In this document: positions 28,094 through 48,449 of the stretch, piece after piece | Layout: the number at the start of each line of letters is the position of its first letter | How positions within the stretch are numbered: the stretch's first letter is position 1 | DNA from: Bigelowiella natans CCMP2755 | Lineage: Eukaryota; Protista; Cercozoa | Reading direction: 5' to 3' | DNA: 64,000 nt | Assembly (NCBI GenBank): GCA_000320545.1 | Contig: ADNK01000785.1 | Span: forward strand, 1,007-65,006 | Position numbers and translations under genes: made by a program | The notes under the pieces: generated by a model | What the model saw: the letters and a program-made list of their open reading frames with translations, nothing else | Database searches by the model: none | What the model was told of the DNA's origin: nothing

Positions 28094-31007
28094 TTATACG
28101 CTACCCTGAGCAAGTTCTTCCAGGGTGGTTGATAGGCGCGTGGATCCAGATCCACGTTCATCCGGTTCCTATAATCATATGAAACATAAAGTTTCCTTTC
28201 TCGTTGGATTTCATAACATTTGTGTGTTCACCTGCTGAGACGAGTGAGGCTTCCATCCTGGAATAAACGTAAAAATAATACACAACATGAGCCTTTTTCG
28301 AATGAAAGTATTATGATGAAACCAACTCTGACGAACTCGACAAAAGAGGACTAGTACTGCTCAATGTGGCTGTCAATACCTATCAGGTAGATGACGTGGA
28401 AGGTGGCTTCTAGGAGATCTTCTTCGTCCGTGTACAGCTCTTGATACCTTCGAGGAAAGATTGAGATTTATCAATCAGTTTATTGGGCATATATTGAGAG
28501 ATGGATCAGAGGAGCTCATACGTGGAAGCAGCTGCAATGAAAGTCTCCATGCTGGTATAGTTTCGTCGAATATGTGTTGCGTTTGTCTCGCCTACAAAAC
28601 GGCGACATGTAAGATTTAAGATGTTCGATAGTAAAGTGTCGTGATAAGTGAAAAGCGTGTTGTTGTCCGTGTTCGGAAAACATTCAGTTGGAAATAGTAT
28701 GTCCTCGATTCTTAGCGCAATCACCCATGCCTCTGAGATGCTCCATCATTGTAAACATGTCGGGATACCGCACTGTTAAGAGGTCAGAGTCTGCCGTTGG
28801 GAGATTAAACCCTGGTTGATAAATACATTGTTATCAGGGAAATGAGAACCATGACAACAGCATCAAGCATAGTTCACTACTCCCCCAACAGAGGTATTCA
28901 TATATGTGTGCTGAGAAGATAATGTAACAATGATGATGGTGATGATAAGTTTGACGTTTGAGCACCTGCTGCCTGAATCAATCCTCCGATTTCAGAATCC
29001 TGTTGAAAAGGGGGTGCGCCATCGAGGTGACATCGTTGTAAATATTAAGCACGAACAGGCACTAACATTGAGACGTATGCACGCGAGCAACATGAGCCTT
29101 TCAACAAATGAAAAAGGAATATCGGTCAAAGAAATTCGTATCTACTAACTCTCACCCACCCTTACGAAAGGAGATAAGTGAGGGGCAACTCCCCCATAGC
29201 GTTCCTGTATCAAGATTGCAAAAGAAGGAAAATATTTTGGACTTGTCAACAACTTCTGAAAAACAGCAAACGCTACGATCCCTCGATCATTATCATCAAA
29301 TTCGTGCGCTCTTCTTCTCGCTCTTTCCATGTACCACCTGTTCAGCAAGTGCTAGGCAAGATCTAAGTTCCTGCAGTGTCTCGCCACCAAGCATTGCCTA
29401 ACGTGGAAAAGCTCAGTCTCCACACTCCTCCGATCATCAACTCCCAATGCACACATGAGTCCTTGGCCAATCTTGTATTTTCATCACAAGTATTATCTGG
29501 CTATGCTCACCCCAAGGAATACGCCGTCCGGTTTTAGCACCTAAAAAAGGAAAATGCGGACAAGAAATGAGGAGTGTGGGTTTTCAGCAATGTGTATCAC
29601 GACGCATTCACACGCATTCACTCACTCGATTTGCCTCCTTGAACACTGCAGGTAGATCATTACACCAGTGTAGTGACATTGAACTGAAGACCTAGGTGCA
29701 TTGCATGAGAGAAAACGTGAGAAAAATACTCACACTAATGCAACACATCGTCGCTAACACAAGCGGAAAATCATGTTCTAGAATGAATGAGGTTTTCCCA
29801 GTGCCCATGTCGTATTGTGGGGGAGATATTGATTTAGACTTGGTGTGTATTAATACCACATCGAATGTGCTGTCTTCAAAGGGCAGTTTGGTCCCCTCTT
29901 CCCATACTTGGTAGGAGGTATCAACACCGTCTAGACAGCAATGGGAAAAAATGACATATGAAGCTTTGAAGTATGATCGTCGTGAAGCTCGAAAGGGGTA
30001 TAACATTCACGTTACCGGGTTCATTTTTGCCAAAATCTCTCTGGAGTAGTTTCTCTGACATCTCTAGCTGATGGATTTTTGTAATTCCCTGTGGAGGAAA
30101 AGAAAAACAGAATTAAATGATTTATCGAGCTGCAACTGTTGATGTCTTATATGAGCACACTCGTAACGAACAGTTCTCCTCCCAAATATGTTGAGAATAT
30201 AAACCTTGTTTTTTGCTGTGAAGTCCGTAAGGGCCTTCCTAACGTGGCCAGAAAGAGCACCAAGGTCTAGACAATTGGGAAACCTATTATTACGTATATT
30301 ATACAATAATTAAGTCAGACAGACCCTCCGGCTTCTCAATGTGCATGATACTCTTCCAAGAAGAGTTACTATATTATACGCCATATTCTAATGCTGGTGG
30401 GGGAAATCTTGCTATCCATTCCATCAGTCTGCCATGCTGCAGTTGTTACTTCTTTGCCGGTGACACGTCGTTCAGCCGATCAGTAAGACGTCGAGCAACC
30501 TTCGTAGGGAGAGGATTATGGTAGATTGAACAATATTTAGGAAGCCCAATGTACTACTACTACCCAGGAGCTCCATTACTATTCCTCAAGCCCACCCTCT
30601 CAATATCTACCTCGTCCTTAAGGTAGTCGTATTGCCCATCAGGATAGGCCAGTGTGATCCTGTCACGGTGAGCGATTTTTGCTTTGTGATCGAATACCTC
30701 CTTCGTGTTCGAAAACATCGTTTCAGTGAGAAATGAAGGTAGAATTTGAAAACTTTCAAGCTAATGGCACTGTCCATATTCAGATTTGGAAAAAAAAAAG
30801 AAAATCAATTGTGCAAGCACAGGTGCACGCCTGGAATGCGATTTGATATCGACGTATCTACTGTGGAACGCAAGACGCAACACTTTGCGTGGAGCAGTTT
30901 CAGGAGATGTATTGCACACTTATGTATCTTTATACATTGGCCTGGGTCGCGAACGTAGCCTTTGATTTTGAAAGCAGGCGTCGATGTTGGGGCCACCAAA
31001 CACGCAT
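28094..31007 (-). CDS. NDUFAF5: NDUFAF5-like SAM-fold mitochondrial complex I assembly factor, multi-exon
   Basis: EVFDHKAKIAHRDR...YDYLKDE|VARRLTDRLNDV; CLDLGALSGHV; LPFEDSTFDV|VFSSMSLHWCNDLP; VLKPDGVFLG|AMLGGETLQELR; ERYGGVAPHLSPF; ATFHVIYL|GWKPHSSQ; stop at 28094. The start (MRVWWPQHRRLLSK, transit-peptide-like) is less certain. Confidence 0.9.
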
Positions 31008-31340
31008 GGCAAGTAGGGTAGAGAGATGAGGCGTCACTGAAATTCTTTGGACCATTATTTTTAGGATATTTGTGGTACAAAATGTCTCATGTCTGTTCGC
31101 CGTTCCACCTGCACGAGTATTCTCAAAAGACGCACAGTGACAATACTCTTGAATATTGCTACTTTTCATCCTTAAAACAACCTGATTCAATATTTTTTAT
31201 CAAGCAGGTTTAGAGTTGATTTTCATGCCGGATATTCCTTCGATAGAACATTAGTCTAGTCTCGGAGGCAAGCTACGACAGCCACACAGCATCAACCCAA
31301 GAAAGAGGCGACATACTATTAAGACGACATCAAAGATATT

Positions 31341-32549
31341 ATGTCGCAGGCAAGTAACATTCGGCACCCAGAATTTGGAAAGAGAACTTTCAGATTCATG
31401 TGGCGGCATCGGTAGCCAGAGGGCAGGAAGGTTCGTCAACCAAAACCCTATAAATGTTGTCGTAATATCAAAATGGCCTACAATTTTCTAATTACCCTAA
31501 GCCAAGAATCGAATTGTTGAGAACTGAGCCTACAATTACCAGACAGACGCGTGAGAGAAAAGGAGAAAGAAGAGAGACTGCAGTTGCAATACCTCCCCTT
31601 CTCTAGGTAGGTAGTGGGCGTCCAAAGCCTTCCTTCTTTGGGCCTTTAAGCCCGAAGATATCGATGATGTTAACGAAGATATGTTAGATAGATTAGCTAC
31701 TGCCCTCAGCGAGAAAAGGTTTACTCCCATTTACCTCCAGTGACCAAGGGGAATGGAAGGAGGTTGCAGAATGGTCTACACTGATTCTGGCGACGTGATC
31801 TTGTGTGCATATTCAATAGTTTTCGTTGGAGTTTCTGATATTTCCGCTGTGAATTTTGTATCGTGTAAAACACTGAGAGAGTGGCATCTTATTATGAACT
31901 TAGCCCTTCGTGAAGCGTAAAAAGTTGCCCGTGCGCCAGACGGCCATATCCATGAAGAAGGCACGAGCAGCGATAAAACCTGAGAGGTAGCAAAATAAAA
32001 CTTCACAGATTGGCATTAGAAATTCAGATAGAAAATTAACAGGTTTTGGAAGGATATACTCAATGCTGGGCCCCTAAATGGAACGCGGCTTCTGACGAAT
32101 GCTACAGCACAAAAGGGTAATGCATGCCAGTGCAGTTATTTAACCCTTATGTTCATTATTTTCTTTTCAATTCTAGTACAAAAGGAGGAAGTTTTGCTAT
32201 ATCTTCTGAGAAAGCTGCCATCGGATGCTCCGGTACACTTTTGTTAACTGATGGTGGGGGATTGGTGAGATCTTTAAGGTGGTTGATTTCATCTTTATCT
32301 CCAAACCACAGGTGACCTCTTGGCTCGACCACTTAGCCTTTGGAGATAAGCCAAGGGCTTGTAGGGCCCAGATAGTTGCAGAGTCAGGTAATAATCAAAT
32401 TGTATAGGTTGAGATGTTTCTAGTACGACAGGAAGGTGGGGAGGATGAAACGAATTTTGAAAACTATGTTGTCCCTTACTACACGCAGGAACGCAATCTG
32501 CTTGTACACATATATTCAAGACTGGAGAGCCAGGTTCCACCGCTCAGCT

Positions 32550-32641
<92 letters not shown>

Positions 32642-35600
32642 GCCATCGAATTTCCACCATATAAATACAACCCAATTTATCAGCTTACCAATGTCGAACG
32701 TGTGGAGTAGATGATACCTGTATCCAGGTTTGTCAACGATGGTGATGGTGATGATACCTAGTGCAGATTCTCACTCATTGTTTTTCCCTTTGCCACTGTC
32801 AGTGCATGGCCTGCTTCAAGGAGTCCGATCATACTGGGCACGAGGTGATAGAAGATCTTTTGTAGACTATGAAATAATAGCACTTAACAGCAACACAGTG
32901 TCTTCATCCACGTTCATCATCCAATCTAACTGAAGAGCCACCACATGCATGTCCAGATCATCATGACCCGTGCTGGGGGTGGTGGATGTTGTGACTGTGG
33001 AGATCCGTCCTCATGGGACATGGCAGGTGAGAACTAAAATACAGAACAATCCCCCTCTACTCGATTCTTTCTACGTGATCCCTAGAACCTTATTCGATTA
33101 AAAGTATGTGTCTTCTTTGCCAGGCGCGTGCAGCAAACATAATGGAAAGAAGAGAAGAGGTCCGTCCGAGCTGGCTAAAAGTCTGGCGAACAGAGCGCGA
33201 CCGATAATAGGTCCGTCCATTAGGGGGGGGGGGCATGTATGATCAGTAATACTACATGTATGATCAGTAATACTACATGCCAACAATGAATCAAATGCGC
33301 ACACTCAAGCACACACATCCGCAAATGGCATTAGCAACCAACAAATGAATGCACCCTAATTTTGTGTCTTGGTCTGAAATGAGTAAACGAATGTACGTGT
33401 GTGTGTGTGTGCGTGTGTGTGCGTGTAGATATTCGTGTGGATATTCGTGTGCATGGATGGTGGTGATAATATGTGGTATCGTATTCGGCAGATTTCTCTG
33501 TTGAGCTCTTATCACGGGCTCTCTCTGGTGTAAATCCTGACTCCAATACTGCTACTGCTTCTTCTTCTTCTTCGCATGGGAGCAGTGTTGATTCTAAGAA
33601 TGATAGCGACCTTCCCTACTGTCTGGGCCATGTACACATGGTGTTCCAGGAAACCATTGCATATGATTGCAAAGAGGAGGATGAGGTTGAGGTAAGTGAT
33701 AGATATGTGGTCTTCCTCAATGACGACAGTTACCATTCATTCGCTCACGTGATCAACACTCTCGACAAACTCATCTTCAACAGCCGTAGTACCCTCTTTG
33801 ACGAAAGAAAGAAACGCCACTACGAAAAGAAGTCGTTCCAGATTGCGAACATGGTCAACGGTCGCGGTCGCGCCGCAATTAAGACGGTGGACTCCGAGAA
33901 GGCGGCTCAACTCTGCTTGGAGCAATTCCGCAAGGAAGGCACCCTCAACGTCAGCGTGTCAAAGATTCAGCCCTCGGACTGTATCCTGACGTTAGAGCGA
34001 GTTGCGGAGATCATTGCATGGCTCACAGAACTCTGCAACATATCGGAGCTTTTCCGAGATATCCAGTGCGAGCACCTGCTCAAGCGCTACCAACGTAAGA
34101 AGCTGCCAGTACCCGGAGTGCATGGAATTCAGCCAGGCGACTGGATCGAGATGCACGGGTTGAAAAAGGGGCCTCAATTCAACGGAAAAGTAGCAATGGT
34201 TGATGGACCATATAGGTTATTACCAAACGAACTGAACCCTCCCCCCGAGGACAAGCGTATGCCGGTGCGCTGCTTGGAGAAACCGGGCAAATTGGTATGC
34301 CTTAAGGCGAGAAATATGAAAAAGACAACCACCGGGATTATACGGCTGACAGAATTTTTCGACTCTCTGTGGGGTATCACTAACCCGCTACAGCAACGAG
34401 GTAAAGATGCTATTAATAGCAGCTCCCTCACTCCAGATAAGCCACTGGTACAGGTGATCGGACCTGTTCCGAACGGTATTGTACTAGGCTCTTGTGATGG
34501 ATACATAGTCTCGGATGGGGAATATGTGGTGTATGCGGACTTTTCAGGGTGTCCATCATCTGGGTGTTCTCCGGAACCCTTCACCTGCATCCAACTGCAA
34601 AAGTACCGTGTTGGGCGGGTTGACAACGTCCACATCCTTTACGTCTCCGAATATTCCATTCGCGTCTCCAAGTTTGCCTCTTTGATTGGGCGGCCCCGCC
34701 CTCTAAACTGTTCCGCTGGCAATCGAGCTCAAGGCCTCCACCCCCACAGGCTATCCATGATCTTTAAGTATAACCTCAGTATCCCCCAGCAACTCCGCCC
34801 CCACATCACTCCGTGGATCTTTCGCTTGTTCCAGAATATGCACTTCAAGGGGGAGTTCACCGTCGAATTCGCAACACATTACGCCGATCTGATGGTAGAG
34901 TATAGGCACCTAGGAGGCGTGCAGTACTGCTCTAACAGCTTCCTTTCGTACGGGGTTCAAGTCCTCACGATTCCTTCCATGACGCCAAGGGTGGCCCGAG
35001 AGCACGGGCTGCTGCGAGCCATGATAGCATCAATGGCGGACATGGTAGTCGACACCATCCGCACTACTTCTAATAGCAAATCCAAAAAGCGCCCCATCAA
35101 GCAGCAATTGCACGGTAGCGCGCGCTGGTTGAATGGAGTCTCCAAGTGGGTGGACGTCTTCCCCGTCCCCATTGCATCGTCGGCCGAAGTCGTCGAGCCT
35201 CTCGGAAACCTGCTCGCCATGCTGGTGACTACCGTCCCGCACATCGAGTATGTCATTCGAAACAAAGGCGCCGGCGACCTATTCTTTACCGACAATTGTA
35301 GCATGCTGCGACAGTGGTTTGGTTTCTTGAGCTTGATGGAGGGCATGGATCGAAACGTCCGCGAGAACAAGGCCCACCTCCTCTACGAGAACAAGACATG
35401 GAAGGTGGCATTCAGCTTCTGCCTGCGCCTAACTAGCGTGTCGTTCGAGCTCCTGCGAGCGCTTGATAAAGTTGTGGAGCAAAAATCTCTCAACGACAAA
35501 GAGATCAGCCAGGTGATCCAAGCTTGCTTCTGGGTGCTCAACCGTCGCTACCAGAAAAACGACGACACGGATGATGACGAGAAGGGAAGAGAGACTGCGG

Positions 35601-35812
35601 GAAAATGGGTATCGCTTGTGCTTCCTTCAAGCAGCGGACAGCAGGGAAATTGTGACAATGATGGTAAACAACAACATCATGTCTTCGTCGAGGCTGAGGT
35701 TAGTGAAGACCACCGAATATAATGGATTCTTTGATTATACCCATGTGACTGACTGATATGATGAAGAAGCGAGATCTGATCCATACACGGTGTTTGCTCC
35801 CCCCCCCCCCCC

Positions 35813-35851
<39 letters not shown>

Positions 35852-38375
35852 GCAGTCCCCAGCAGATGGACCAGACGTTCTATCATTCCACGCCCCAGCT
35901 CGGAGGCTTGCCATTCACATCATATGTGTGCTGCTGAGGCAGGTTCCCCTTCACAGCCAGCCAATGCGCTCGTTGCACGTCATGCAAAGCGCATATGAGA
36001 ACCGTTCTCAAGCCTCCCCTCCCCTCAAGACAACTTCAAAGGAGGCGCTACCAGGTGGTGTTTCTGGGTTTAGAGGTGGAGACAAAGTGGAGGTGTGGTC
36101 GGAGTTTGCTGCCGCTTGGCTGCCAGCGGAAGTCGTTGACGATGATGACGGAAAGCAGCACGCGGACCACCCGAGTAAGGAGAAAAAGCTTCTACTTCTG
36201 TTCGACGACAACACGGTCAGATGGCAGCAGTGTGTGAACCGGGAGGGCAACTGGCTCATCAGGAAAGCACCTCCAGCACATCCCTCCACAACCACCACCA
36301 ACAACAACCTAACCCCCTTCTTTGCTGAAGCTGTCACGCCGATGCTCAAGTCTATTGCAGGAATGATCCACATCACAGCCAAGCTCTGGGTGAGGAATGG
36401 GAGTGCTATGGACAACCAGGCCCTTAACTACCGCCTCGGCACAAGGTGTGGGATGTATATGGAGGATCTCCTTGGCTTTCAGCTCGCTACCTGTGTGCTC
36501 GGTCCGAACGCCTCCCTCGCACTCTTGGCGCACTACTGCAAGCTCTACGCCTTTTTCAATCTCTCGCCGTTGAATATGACATATCCGAAAAGCGTTGTCG
36601 GGGAGGACTACGCGTTTGAGGACTATGAGAGCTTTGAAGACGAGGAGGAGCTCCGTGGCGTGGTCGAAACGAAGGCCCGTAAGTCCTGGGGATCCAAGCT
36701 TCGTGACGTAGTTTTCGGCTACTTGCTGTGCATATCTCACGCGCTTACGGAGCGACGCATCGTTGGATCGATAGACCATAAAGATACACTACAGCGCGAA
36801 ATCGTGCATCAGCTCGTGAGCCGCCCGCAACCACACTCAAAGATTATGGACGTCATTGACCAGGACGCCAGGGAGAAGAACAAAGGCGACATCGAGACTG
36901 TGCTCCAGGAGGTGGCTTTCCTCATCGCCAACAACTCTGCTCAGCATTCGGGTAAGTGGGAGGTGAAAGCCGAGGCGGCGCAGCGGCTGTTCAACCCGTT
37001 CTATCTGATGTATCAGACCGAAGATCGCCAAGAAGCGGAGGTACGGTTTCGTGAGATCTCGGAGAGAGCACACCGAAGGAAAAAAAAGGAGGCGGCGGCG
37101 GCGGCGGCAGCGGCACAAGGTGGTGGTTGTACTACTACTACTACTACTACAACGCCACCTCCTCCTCCTTATCCTCCGATCGTAGACTACCCTCCTCTAC
37201 GTCCTTCATTCCAGGGCCTTTACTCAATGTATTCCTCTCCTCTTCTCGGAAGGATTCTCTTCTTAACCCTATTCGCTGCCTACAAAAGCGGCCTTTCACC
37301 GAAAAAGGGCGGTGCGGGGGACAACGATGGGGCTGCTGCGGGATTAGCGAACGAGCAGGGCAATGAGGAAGAGGAGAAGGAGGGGCTGGGTGACTCCGGA
37401 CTTACGATCGCCCTGCACATCATCTCAATAGCACTACAGGATATCAAGAATGGCAACCTGAAAAAAGACAATCACGGTGACGAAATTGTCAAAGGATGGT
37501 TCAAAAATATGACTGCGGAACGGCTAGCAACGGACGGGAGCCGCCTCTCCACTCTAAAGCTTCTCAACGAAATGAGGCAGCTCGACCCCACAAAGGCGCC
37601 CTTCGTAAAAGAAGCGTCCAGCATGATCCGATGGATCATTGACACATGTCGAAAACTCGATGATTCTGGTGCAACACATAGCATCGTTGGGGGAACAGAC
37701 AGTGAAGATGGTAAAGAGGGAGAAGGAAAGTCATCAAAGGCGAGCAAGAAGAAGCTGTCGAAGAGGGAACGACGCCTGGCTGCTGCCAAGGCCAGAAAGG
37801 CAAAGATCATGAAGAAGATGGCTAAGGAGAGAGAGAAATTCGCCAAGGAGAATAAAGATGCAATACAGAAAGATAAAGTCAAGCAAGCGAACGCAAAGAA
37901 AGACGGGCTGGCAGGATTGTCCTGCATCGTATGTCGTACTGACAACTCAGCTGAACCACTAGGCCTTGTGGCGCATGTTCAACGATCCAACATAATGGGT
38001 CTTTCGTACACGCAAAAAGAATATCTCTCTGGAGGAGGAGGAAGAGGCTGCAGTAATGAGAGATGTGCTGATGGAAGGGATGCGGGTTTGGTTACGAGGT
38101 GCTGCGGTCATGCAATGCACTTCATGTGCCGGGACACCTACTACGCAACCCTTGTTAATCGTCAGATCAACGAGAGCTACTACCCGGGGCGTGGGGCCAT
38201 TAACCTCAGCAAAAACCAGTTTGTGTGTCCGCTGTGCGAAGCTCCGGCGAACGAACTCATCCCGATAATATCCACAGAAGACGGGGAGGAGACGCAGGAT
38301 GATGATGATAGGAAGTTATCGTCAAAATCAGCTTCCAAGACTCTTCTCACTCAAGATCTATACACTGTGGATAAT

Positions 38376-38406
<31 letters not shown>

Positions 38407-39737
38407 CAACAGATATTAAAAGCGAGCATCAATTCCCACATCATCCGTGCAGGAGCAGCGTTGTCCTCCCCAAGATCGACTGTTTCCTGTACACTGTGCG
38501 ATCCGTTGATATGGCGTATAGGAGGAGGAGGAGGAGGAGGGAGAGGTCTTCTGGATTTCCTTCTTCTTCTTCTTCTTCTCCAGCCACGGCTTCCTCTTCT
38601 TCTTCTCCTCCTCCTCCTCCTTCTCCTTCTTCATCATCGTCTTTATCACGCCACCACGCCAAGCTAACGAAAATGCTCAAACCGAGAGAAACTATGGGTC
38701 AGTATCATCAGCATCAGCATCAGCAGCAGCAGCAGCAGCATTGCGTTAATACAAATACCCTATCATCATCCCAAACTAATCTTTCCAATCGTCTATTCGC
38801 CTGTTGCATGTTACCAGTTGTTCTTTCTCACTGGATTGCTAATGTATATATCTTTATATTTGGTGGTGTGTGTTACTTACGTAGGACTATCTTGCATGAT
38901 GGCTCAGTTGGCTCGAGAAACATTCCTCACCAACAACGATGATAACCAAGGTGCTAGCAGCAGCAGCGGGAAAAAGGAAAACTTGCAAGAACCAGATACA
39001 GCAGCAGCGCTACTGGAAGCATTCGAGGCATTCTGCAACTCAGACCCAAGCTCAACGTCAACGTCGTCGTCGTCGTCACCGCTGCCCCTGGACATCGATT
39101 GCTTACGTGCCGTTGCGCTCGCTGGAATGCGGTGCTTCTCAACGATGAAGAAACAGAGTGGCGGGGGGGGCGTCAAGAAGAGCAGCAGCAGCATCCTCCG
39201 CGACGAGAGATATCTCAGAATCAAGAGGACTGCCTATGCTATACGGAGTGTGCAAGCGTTGATACATTCTCTTGGCCCAAAACACAAGATGACGACGGTG
39301 AGGATGAGAGGAGATGCAGCATCATCTTTATCATCATCAACAACATCAACAACGCCGTCGTATAGCACTCCATCACCTGGGATGATGCAGAAATTGATAG
39401 ATCTACTGGTATCGTTTGACGGCGGCCTTGTGAATGGCTCATACTTCTTTCCTCAATTGCTCAACGAACACATGTTACCATTCCTACGGCAACTTGCAAT
39501 TCTTGAGCATTGTCTCACCTACCTAGAAGAGCAAAGCACTAGACAGAGCAGTGGAGATAGGAGTAGTAGTAGTAACAGTAGTAGTGGTATTATTAATAAT
39601 AATAATAATAATGATAATAGTAGCAGCAGTAGTATAACAAAGGACGAGTTACAACAGGAAGTGGAGCAGCTGGTGAAGGACCAATTCCTCGCAACGAGCA
39701 ACTGTACATCTCCCATTCAAATGCTGGCAGCAGAGGA

Positions 39738-39798
<61 letters not shown>

Positions 39799-41191
39799 CT
39801 CTCATCTATCGTACAAACTAAGATGCTGCCCTGGCTGCATTTACTGAGAAAAAGAAGGGAAGCAGCAAAGAAGACAACAAAACTACCACTGCCAAAGGTT
39901 CCCTTCATCCGTGATATGGCCTCTCCGCAGCTTATTGAGTTGCCCAACAACTATAGTGAGCTCTTTATGGCTCTTAGCGACGGAGGCCTCTCCCTTCGAT
40001 GGGGGTCAAAGCATCATCGCCAGGGAAATGACGACGACGAAAAGAAGAACAAGAACAAGAACAAAACAACCAAGACATCATCACTATCCAGCTCCTTTGG
40101 GGGTGAGGGGGGTGCGGCAGCCGCAGCAGCTATGGAAGTTGATGGTGACGATGACGACGATGATGAAGGTATGAGAGACGGTGTAGAAGCAGCAGCAAAC
40201 GGAGAAAAGAAAGACGACGATGATGATGATGATGAGGGTAAATCAAGTCAACAACGCCCCAAATCGGCTGCTGTCCCGAAGAACCCTGCGGTTTGTCTTC
40301 TTACGGTAATAAAACCAATAGACATAATCAACAGCACCAACAGCAACATTATAATTACTATAATTATTATCATTATCATTTGTTATTCTTGCCATCATCA
40401 TCATCACAAATGTTGTACTTGTGTCTACTATCCCTACTACTATCATCCACGTGAACAACCTAGGGTAAAATCCTTGCTGCTCACTGGGGTCGAGAAGGCA
40501 ATTGGAAATCGATCAGAGCTCATACCAAGGTGAGTGATATGAGAGAGCGGGGGAGAGAAAAGAGAATAGCAAGAGGATAATGATCTCAATCTCGATGTGT
40601 GTGTGTGTGTTGACATTGCACTATCATTCATCTTTCTTCCTTCCCCTACACCCCTCTCAAAACACGAAGGCTATATCCCCCAACGCTGGAGTGTTCCTTC
40701 TGCTAAGAAGCACACGAATATTGCTAGTAAGCAACGGCCTGCTCTCTTATTACGGGTAGTAGTTGAAGTAAATTGTACTACTAGTAGTGAAAGATCAGAG
40801 AGTATTAATACATTGAGAAATATGCTTCAAAATCGTAATTATTCACAAGGAAAATACTGCACCCCCCCCCCCCCCTTCCCTTAGTTCTCCGTACGTAGAC
40901 TCCCATGGCGAGATGGATATCGAGCTGGCTAGAGGACACATGCTTTATCTTGACCCTGTGAGTAGAAGTATTAGTACTAGCAGTAGTAGTAAATCGAGCA
41001 CATCTGTTGAAGAAAAACATAAATACTAGTAATAATAATAAAGAAGACTATTCCCCAGCGAGCAAGTAAGTTTGTAGTGAGAGAAGCAGCATTCGTCAAA
41101 TCAATCATTATGATACAGCCGAATACATCTTCAGCTCGTGACAAACATCAACATCCTCACCATGCTCTTCTTCCCAATTGATATATATATA

Positions 41192-41238
<47 letters not shown>

Positions 41239-41636
41239 ACCAATTATCAATAATATTCCAGGAACGTGTTCAAGCACTTGTTGACCTCGTTCGGGAGCAG
41301 AGAGTGGCGGATGCGGTCGCCAGGGACAAAATGGATCAGGCCAGACGGTGATAGTACTTGTACTACTAGTAGCAGTGAGAAGAAGGAGGGCTGAAGGAAG
41401 AAAGAGAGAGAGACAGCGCGCGAGAGAGATGGGTGGTGTCAAATCGCTTGTTCCAAGCGTGCCTTCTACATGATCACTACTCTATTCACTCAGCGTTTTT
41501 TGCAGAAATGATAGCAATGATAATAATATTGATGATGATGATACTTGGGTAGTAAAGATTTTTAATACGTCGTTAAATATACTTTTTTGTTGTTTGTTCG
41601 TTTGTCAGGAGAGCTAATGGGGTGAGGAACTTCTAA
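31341..41636 (+). CDS. UBR1: UBR1/UBR2-type N-end rule E3 ubiquitin ligase (UBR box, ClpS-like, RING, C-terminal UBR domain)
   Basis: UBR box split over micro-exons (CTHIFKTGEP|AYQCRTCGVDDTCIQ|CMACF...HTGHE|...GGGGCCDCGDPSSW|GACSKH); ClpS-like FLNDDSYHSFAHVI; LWVRNG; RING CIVC...CGHAMHFMC...CPLC; C-terminal PAVCLLTG and SPYVDSHGEMD; stop at 41634-41636. Start position uncertain. Confidence 0.9.
33234..33279. repeat. 21-bp tandem duplication in a UBR intron
   Basis: catgtatgatcagtaatacta x2. Confidence 0.8.
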
Positions 41637-41899
41637 GCAACAGCAGATGACTGCACACATTGTTGTGATACCATCTCAGAGTTGTAGGAGGGGGATGAGG
41701 AGGAAGAGGAGGGGATTATTTCAGATCAATGGAGATAATATGTACATTCCAGTTGTGCTGGATGCATAATCAAATATATCTGGCGTCACTTGGATACCTC
41801 GAAGTGGAGCGATGTTACTCTCTTAGCTATATCAATATGAGGGGGCTTGCTAGTTTGCATAGCTACATTTGGATGACCATTGAAAAGATTTATGATCAT

Positions 41900-42260
41900 A
41901 TCATTGCATTCGTTTCATATAGCTACGCATAGCATGTAGCTTTGCATGGCCTACATATGAGAATGATCATAGAAAAAAATTAACATATTCATTACATCCA
42001 TCCCATGGAATGTAAGTCTGCTACTAGTAGTGCCTACACCTAGCGCCTATGTTGTTTTTGTTTGTTTCTGCTACTCTCTAGCTAGCATGTCTAAATGTAA
42101 ATCTAGAGCATGCATGCAAAGCGCTAAGCTAGTAAGCTAAGGCGATGCTACATGTGATTGAGACGGATGTACGTAATGAGGTGGCTAACTAGCTAAATGT
42201 CTTCAATAGTTATGTATAAATAGCTTTGCACAGCTACACTTGCTACATAATGATGCCATC
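41900..42260. repeat. CTAG/CATG-rich tract between convergent genes
   Basis: ctagctagcatgtcta and tctagagcatgcatgc, between UBR (+) and the aminotransferase (-). Confidence 0.6.
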
Positions 42261-42467
42261 GAAAAGATTTCATCGCTTCATTACATCCGTCTCACAAATA
42301 GCGCGCGTGCAACGATGTTGGTGTCCAGCAGCTATTATCACGCTTTTAAGTATTATAACGACGTTCCAACTTATTATCAAATTATCACTGTATATAGGAT
42401 ACACAAAGCCAGTTTGCTTTGACCAAGGTAATAATGCTATCGCCATGCCTTGCTAGCTTGTATCGTG

Positions 42468-47823
<5,356 letters not shown>

Positions 47824-48449
47824 TGATGGTACGTGTATCCCGCCTCGGATGTGAAGACACCACAGCAAGGGAAATCGGCGCGACGGAGAACAGAAAGGAT
47901 TGTTGTTGTTATTGTTGTTAGATAATGATCTCCCTGGAGAAACAAACACTGGTAATATCGTGCATAAAAAAAGGATTTAACATCGTCTGACGATGGCACA
48001 GTTGTCGCAGATGGCAGATCCAGCGGATTTTCTTCAACATCGATTCAGAGTCGAGAGTAAACGAAAGAACCGAGGGGATTTTGTAAGAATCTGCACTATA
48101 TATGTTTGACGCACTCCAAAAAAGGATTTTCTCATACATCTGCAATGGCTGCTCGAACGGCCCGAACCTCCATAGGGTACCTGCCCTCTTTCTTTCTTAT
48201 CATAAGAAAGCTTGTTGATGGGAAGTTCTAACTGTTCATTACAACTTACAAACACAGAGAATTAACCGCGGGAGTGCTTGTTTTCTTCTGTGCCGTCGTA
48301 TTGCTAAGCACACAAGGATGGAGAATGTCCAGCGATGTTGGTCTTAGCGTTGTCGCTCGGTACTGTTGATGAAATGCATACAAGGAGTGACATATTGCTG
48401 ATTGAAAGGAGCTATATTTAGAACGGCGACGGTCAGTAATCTCGGCAGC

